Below, piece by piece: positions 60,319-64,000 of a DNA stretch of 64,000 nt. The notes below the pieces were generated by a model. That model saw only the letters and a list, made by a program, of their open reading frames with translations, was not told the DNA's origin and did not search any database. Location: positions 82,375 to 146,374 of the forward strand of contig JBFJOO010000001.1 in NCBI GenBank assembly GCA_041617635.1, read 5' to 3'. Each line of letters opens with the position of its first letter. Positions within the stretch are counted from its first letter, which is position 1. Source of the DNA: Burkholderiales bacterium (GTDB lineage: Bacteria > Pseudomonadota > Gammaproteobacteria > Burkholderiales > SG8-39). The translations under genes and the position numbers were made by a program.

Positions 60319-60414
60319 AACGGGAGGGGAACCAGCCGGTTCCCTCCCGTTCGTGACCTTCCGCTCTTGTCGTTGAGCGAACCAGCCGGCTCCCTCCCGT
60401 TCGTGATCTTCCGG
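60319..60414. repeat. REP-like repeats: one full palindrome and one extra half copy
   Basis: aacgggaggggaacc-agcc-ggttccctcccgtt (60319-60351) with tail cgtgaccttccg. A second copy of the right half, gaaccagccggctccctcccgttcgtgatcttccg, begins at 60380. Related to 38266-38293 in the opposite orientation. Confidence 0.8.
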
Positions 60415-60440
60415 CTTGTTCGGAGCGCTTTACGCCCCGG

Positions 60441-60472
60441 AAAAAAACAAGGCCCGCTCGCGCGGGCCTTGT
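60441..60472 (-). terminator. Rho-independent terminator after the CBS-DUF294 gene
   Basis: acaaggcccgc-tcgc-gcgggccttgt, preceded on the plus strand by aaaaaaa (a U-tract on the minus strand). Confidence 0.8.
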
Positions 60473-60587
60473 TCGCGACATTCTTGTTCTGGAGTCGCTC
60501 AATTGAGTGCCCGCGCATGTTACCTGCCTCCGAAGCCGATGTCACGCCCAAAGCCAAGGCGTGGGGCCCGCTTCGAGCTCGCCCGAC

Positions 60588-62048
60588 CTAACGCGAATGA
60601 TAATCGAGCTCGAGCCGGTGGCGGATCCTGCGCGCGTGGCGTAACGCCTCCTTGAGGAACCGCCGGTCCAGATGGTTCAAGGTAGCCGGATCGATCCGGT
60701 TTTCGCCGCCGGGCTTCACATCCGTTGCAAGCTGGGTCCGGAGCCGCAGCAGCTGCAGAAGATTGAAGGCCTGGACCGCGGCTTCCACTTCATGGGTCCC
60801 CATACCGATCCTTTCGGCGACGAGTCGCAGCCGCTGGGCGGTATTCGTGTGCGCGACCCCCTTCGCCAACGCGTACACGCGGGCCGAATCGACGAATAGC
60901 CGCGTGCCGTGCGCCTTGAGATCGATTGTGTGCGGAAACTCCTTCGAGTCGTACACGAAGTTCCGCAGCACCCCGAGCGGCGAGCGCACACCGAGCGCGA
61001 GTTGCGCCATCTGGAACATGAAGAGCGAGTTCGCGCGGGTCGTGGCGAGAAGCCATTCGCGCAGCTCGTCGGCGAGCTCCGCGTCACCCCAGAGCGGTCG
61101 GAAATCGCAGAAGATCACCGCGTTCAGCAGCGCCTCGGGATTCTGCGACTTGATCCATCCCTGGCACTTGCGATGCCATTCCTCAGCGCTCAAGCACCAC
61201 GGTGGATTGCCGGCCATAACGCCGCCTCGGCAAAGCGGAAAGCCACACGCGTCGAGCGTCTGGTTCACCTCTTGCGCGAATGGGATGAGCGCGCGGCGCA
61301 TCTCGTCTTCCGCAATGCCGGGCGCATCGAAGATGAGCGCGTTGTCCTGGTCGGTGCTGACGGTCTGTTCGTACCGGCCTTCCGATCCGAGCGCGAGCCA
61401 GCAGAGCCTTGCCGCGGGCAGCGTGTGCCGCGTTCTGACGAGCTCGATGATGCGGATCGTCAGGAGGTCGTTCAGGGCCGAGATATGCTGCGTCAGCGAT
61501 TCGGCGCCCACCCCGTGCCCGAGCATGTTGCGCGCGAGCTCGTGGATGTCGCGCGCGGCATGCTGCAGGGCGTCGAGGTCGGCGGCTGCGCGAATCCCAG
61601 CGCCTATATCCATCGTGCCGATGCGCTGCAGATTGAAAAGATCCTTCTGCGAGACGACGCCGGCAAGCCGTCCGTGCTCGATCACCACGACATGTCGCAA
61701 CCCGTGGTGCGCCATCGCGACCGCGGCCTGATAGGCCGAGACATGCGATTCGAGCGTGACGACCGGCCTCGTCATCACCCCGTCGATCGGCTGATCGAGG
61801 TCGCATTGTTCGAGAGCGACCCGCTCCAGCAGGTCGTGCAGGGTAAAGATCCCGAGCGGCTCCTGCGACTCGGAATCTGCCACGATCATCGAGCCGATCC
61901 GACGCTCCCGCATCGTTTCGAGCGCGGCGCGCAGACGGGTACCCGGCGCGCACCAGACGGGCTTGCGCCGAACGACCGCCGAGAGCGGGTTGTACATGGA
62001 TTGCACGAGGACCCGGGGCGTGGCGTGTTCCGCAGCTGCGGCAGTCAT
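60588..62048 (-). CDS. CBS-pair plus DUF294-type putative nucleotidyltransferase signalling protein
   Basis: 486 aa. Two CBS-like segments (IGSMIVAD...GIFTLHDLL; HVVVIEHGRLAGVVSQKDL). LALGSEGRYEQTVSTDQDNALIF is the DUF294 nucleotidyltransferase motif. A C-terminal helical DUF294_C-like region follows. Confidence 0.75.
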   Translation of the reverse strand: MTAAAAEHATPRVLVQSMYNPLSAVVRRKPVWCAPGTRLRAALETMRERRIGSMIVADSESQEPLGIFTLHDLLERVALEQCDLDQPIDGVMTRPVVTLESHVSAYQAAVAMAHHGLRHVVVIEHGRLAGVVSQKDLFNLQRIGTMDIGAGIRAAADLDALQHAARDIHELARNMLGHGVGAESLTQHISALNDLLTIRIIELVRTRHTLPAARLCWLALGSEGRYEQTVSTDQDNALIFDAPGIAEDEMRRALIPFAQEVNQTLDACGFPLCRGGVMAGNPPWCLSAEEWHRKCQGWIKSQNPEALLNAVIFCDFRPLWGDAELADELREWLLATTRANSLFMFQMAQLALGVRSPLGVLRNFVYDSKEFPHTIDLKAHGTRLFVDSARVYALAKGVAHTNTAQRLRLVAERIGMGTHEVEAAVQAFNLLQLLRLRTQLATDVKPGGENRIDPATLNHLDRRFLKEALRHARRIRHRLELDYHSR

Positions 62049-62057
62049 GGTGCGAGC

Positions 62058-64000
62058 CTAGTACTTGACGCGTGCAAACAGGGTTTGCTGCGATGCCTCG
62101 CGGGCCTCGCCAAGGGTCCGGATGCCGCGTTCGACGAGAAGCGGCACCATCCGGAGAAAAACTTCGCCCGTCACGATCGCGTCGCCGAGCGCGGTGTGCC
62201 GGCCCACGATGTTGACGCCCAGCCGCTCCGCGATCGCTTCCAACCGATGCTCCTTGATGTTCGGGTGGAGCACCTCCGAGAGCAGCAGCGTATCGAGCAC
62301 GGGCTGCGTGAATCGGGTGCCCGTGGTGGCCTCCTTTAGCTGCAGAAACCGCATGTCGAAGGCCGCGTTGTGTGCCACCAGCACGGTTTCTTCGCTGAAT
62401 TTCAGGAAGTGAGGCAGTACATAGTCGATCGTCGGCTGCCCTTCCAGCATATCAGGCGTTATTCCGTGGATCTGGATCGACGCTTGGCCGAGCGGCCGGC
62501 GCGGATCGATCAGCTGGTCGAACACTTCGTGGCGGAGCAGCCGCCCGTTCACGATGCGCACCGCCCCGATGGCGATGATTTCGTCTCCGGCGGAGGGTTC
62601 CAGCCCGGTTGTCTCGGTGTCGAAGACCGTGCATGCGAGCTCGGCAAGCGGGCGGCTGTCGAGATCCGGCGACTGCCCGGGTTGATGGAAGAGGTCGAAG
62701 TCGTAATACTCCGGGCGGCTGCCGATCGCGGGCGCCGCGCGCCGCTCCAGGGACGCGGCGCTTGCTGCGGGAAGGAGAAGTCGGAAGTACGAGGCCTCTC
62801 CGGCGCTCTGAAGACTGTGCCAGACCTCGCCCGCGTGGCGCTCGACCACGTCCTTCACCGAAATGGGACTGTCCTCGCCGCCGGCGCGCATGGGCTCTTC
62901 TTCCCAATCCTGGAGCGCTGCAGAGGTCGCCGCGCCGCCACTCCATGCGAGGTCGAGTTGCGCGTGACGGTCGGAGCGGACGAGGCTTAATCGCACTTCG
63001 TCGATGCCCAGGTCCTCATTCAGACGGCCGGCAAGATAGGCCAGGGCCTGCGTGAGGGAGAAGCTGTCCGCCTCCAGCCAGAGCGCCTCGTCAACGTCCG
63101 TGACGGCGACGCGCATTCCCTCGCGCGACTCGATCCGTCGCTGCGCAACGCCGATCACATCTGCGCCCAGCACGTGCTCGAGGGGCCAGCGCGTCTTGAG
63201 CGAGCCGGCATGCTCGTGCATGGTGCGATCGAGCTGCGCGGAAAGCGCTCGCGCCTCTTCGGCGATCACATCGAGGAATCTGGAGCGCTGCGCGTCATCC
63301 ATGTCGCCGTAATCGAGGAGGCTCTCGCCGGCTGCGCGGATGTTGGCGAGCGGCGCGCGGATGTCCTCGCTCAGCGAGCGCAGCATCCGGTCGCGACGGT
63401 CGTCCTCCTCGACGACGCGTGTCACATCGTCCAGCGTCAGCACGACACCGAAGGCCTCCGGTCGTTCGGCAGCCTCCGTGCCGCGCGGCCCCGGATGACC
63501 GTGCACCGGGGCCAGGTAGACCCGCACCCACTGCCCCCCGTGCGTCGCCGTTAGGAAATGCGCCACCGGGCTTGCTTCACCCTGCGCGAGGCGCTGCCCG
63601 ACCGTCTCGAGCGCGTGCGCGATGAGGTTCCGGTCGATGAGCCCGAAGACGGAGCGGCCGAGCCCCACCGGCACCGCAGCCTCACTGCCCTCAGCGGCGA
63701 AGATCTGCCGCGCGCGCGCGTTGTAGAGAAGAATGCGCCCCTCGGCGTTGCACACCAGCACGCCTTGGGTGAGCTCGGACATGAGGGCGGCGAGCCGGTT
63801 GCGCTCCTCCTCGACAGAAGCCTTGGCCGCCGCAACCTTCTCGCCTACCTCTTCGCGCAGCTCTCGCGTTCGGTTCGCGAGCTCGTTCACCACTTGCCCG
63901 AGGTCCCGCAAGCCCGGCGGACCCGCGTGCGGGATCCGATATTCCGGATTCGCGTCGAGCATGATTCGCGCCTCTTCGGCAAGTCGGCGCGCACCGGTGT
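62058..64000 (-). CDS. Sensor (HAMP/PAS-like) protein fused to a C-terminal DEDD 3-prime-5-prime exonuclease (DnaQ/epsilon-like) domain; N-terminus off-window
   Basis: ORF 62058..63962 stays open upstream of its first Met to the window end (...TGARRLAEEARIM...). PAS-like segment: LTQGVLVCNAEGRILLYNARA. Exonuclease motifs: VFDTETTGL, LVAHNAAFDMRFL, HTALGDA. Confidence 0.8.
   Translation of the reverse strand, partial: TGARRLAEEARIMLDANPEYRIPHAGPPGLRDLGQVVNELANRTRELREEVGEKVAAAKASVEEERNRLAALMSELTQGVLVCNAEGRILLYNARARQIFAAEGSEAAVPVGLGRSVFGLIDRNLIAHALETVGQRLAQGEASPVAHFLTATHGGQWVRVYLAPVHGHPGPRGTEAAERPEAFGVVLTLDDVTRVVEEDDRRDRMLRSLSEDIRAPLANIRAAGESLLDYGDMDDAQRSRFLDVIAEEARALSAQLDRTMHEHAGSLKTRWPLEHVLGADVIGVAQRRIESREGMRVAVTDVDEALWLEADSFSLTQALAYLAGRLNEDLGIDEVRLSLVRSDRHAQLDLAWSGGAATSAALQDWEEEPMRAGGEDSPISVKDVVERHAGEVWHSLQSAGEASYFRLLLPAASAASLERRAAPAIGSRPEYYDFDLFHQPGQSPDLDSRPLAELACTVFDTETTGLEPSAGDEIIAIGAVRIVNGRLLRHEVFDQLIDPRRPLGQASIQIHGITPDMLEGQPTIDYVLPHFLKFSEETVLVAHNAAFDMRFLQLKEATTGTRFTQPVLDTLLLSEVLHPNIKEHRLEAIAERLGVNIVGRHTALGDAIVTGEVFLRMVPLLVERGIRTLGEAREASQQTLFARVKY

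Overview
Visibly GC-rich proteobacterial chromosome segment. The synteny argH | algZ-algR-hemC-hemD-hemX-hemY, plus hemA-prfA...prmC, looks Pseudomonas-like (gamma/beta-proteobacterial), but the taxon cannot be fixed from the sequence alone. I call about 60 protein-coding genes, one tRNA-Phe, a few intrinsic terminators and several families of short repeats. I saw no rRNA, CRISPR array, transposase, integrase or phage genes. Most of the window is core metabolism. It includes a complete oxidative pentose-phosphate/glycolysis operon (histidine phosphatase, HAD, tal, pgi, gnd, zwf, pgl) divergent from a GH63-type glycosidase. It also includes thiS-thiG-trmB, a TAXI-type TRAP transporter, heme biosynthesis genes, argH, grxD, modABC plus a short ModE-like regulator, a QseBC-like two-component pair with a DegP-type protease, and cinA. 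The best candidate for an undescribed system is the left edge (1-7688, minus strand). There, a chain of translationally coupled envelope genes links a MotA/TolQ/ExbB-type proton channel to a partner with an ExbD/TolR-like Asp-containing TM helix followed by coiled coil. The same chain encodes an FHA-TM-PEGA-FGE(SUMF1-fold) protein, a TPR-PEGA protein, a lipoprotein and a secreted coiled-coil protein. No TonB, Tol-Pal, flagellar or OmpA-type partner is visible, and the cluster runs off the window. Secondary points of interest: a Ser/Thr kinase fused to a cNMP-binding domain directly after argH; a second kinase with an unassigned C-terminal domain; an orphan B12/radical-SAM enzyme next to a coupled citryl-CoA-lyase-like/CoA-ligase/SMP-30 trio; a degenerate EAL protein; a CBS-DUF294 plus HAMP/PAS-exonuclease pair; a Crp-like gene inserted inside the hemA-prfA-prmC operon, followed by an orphan terminator and a small ORF with a strong SD; and three independent short tandem duplications of gene 3-prime ends (grxD, tRNA-Phe, and an intra-cluster REP/terminator). 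All family assignments come from reading motifs in the supplied translations and in my own translation of the edge ORFs. No database search was possible, so start codons are approximate and function names are hypotheses.
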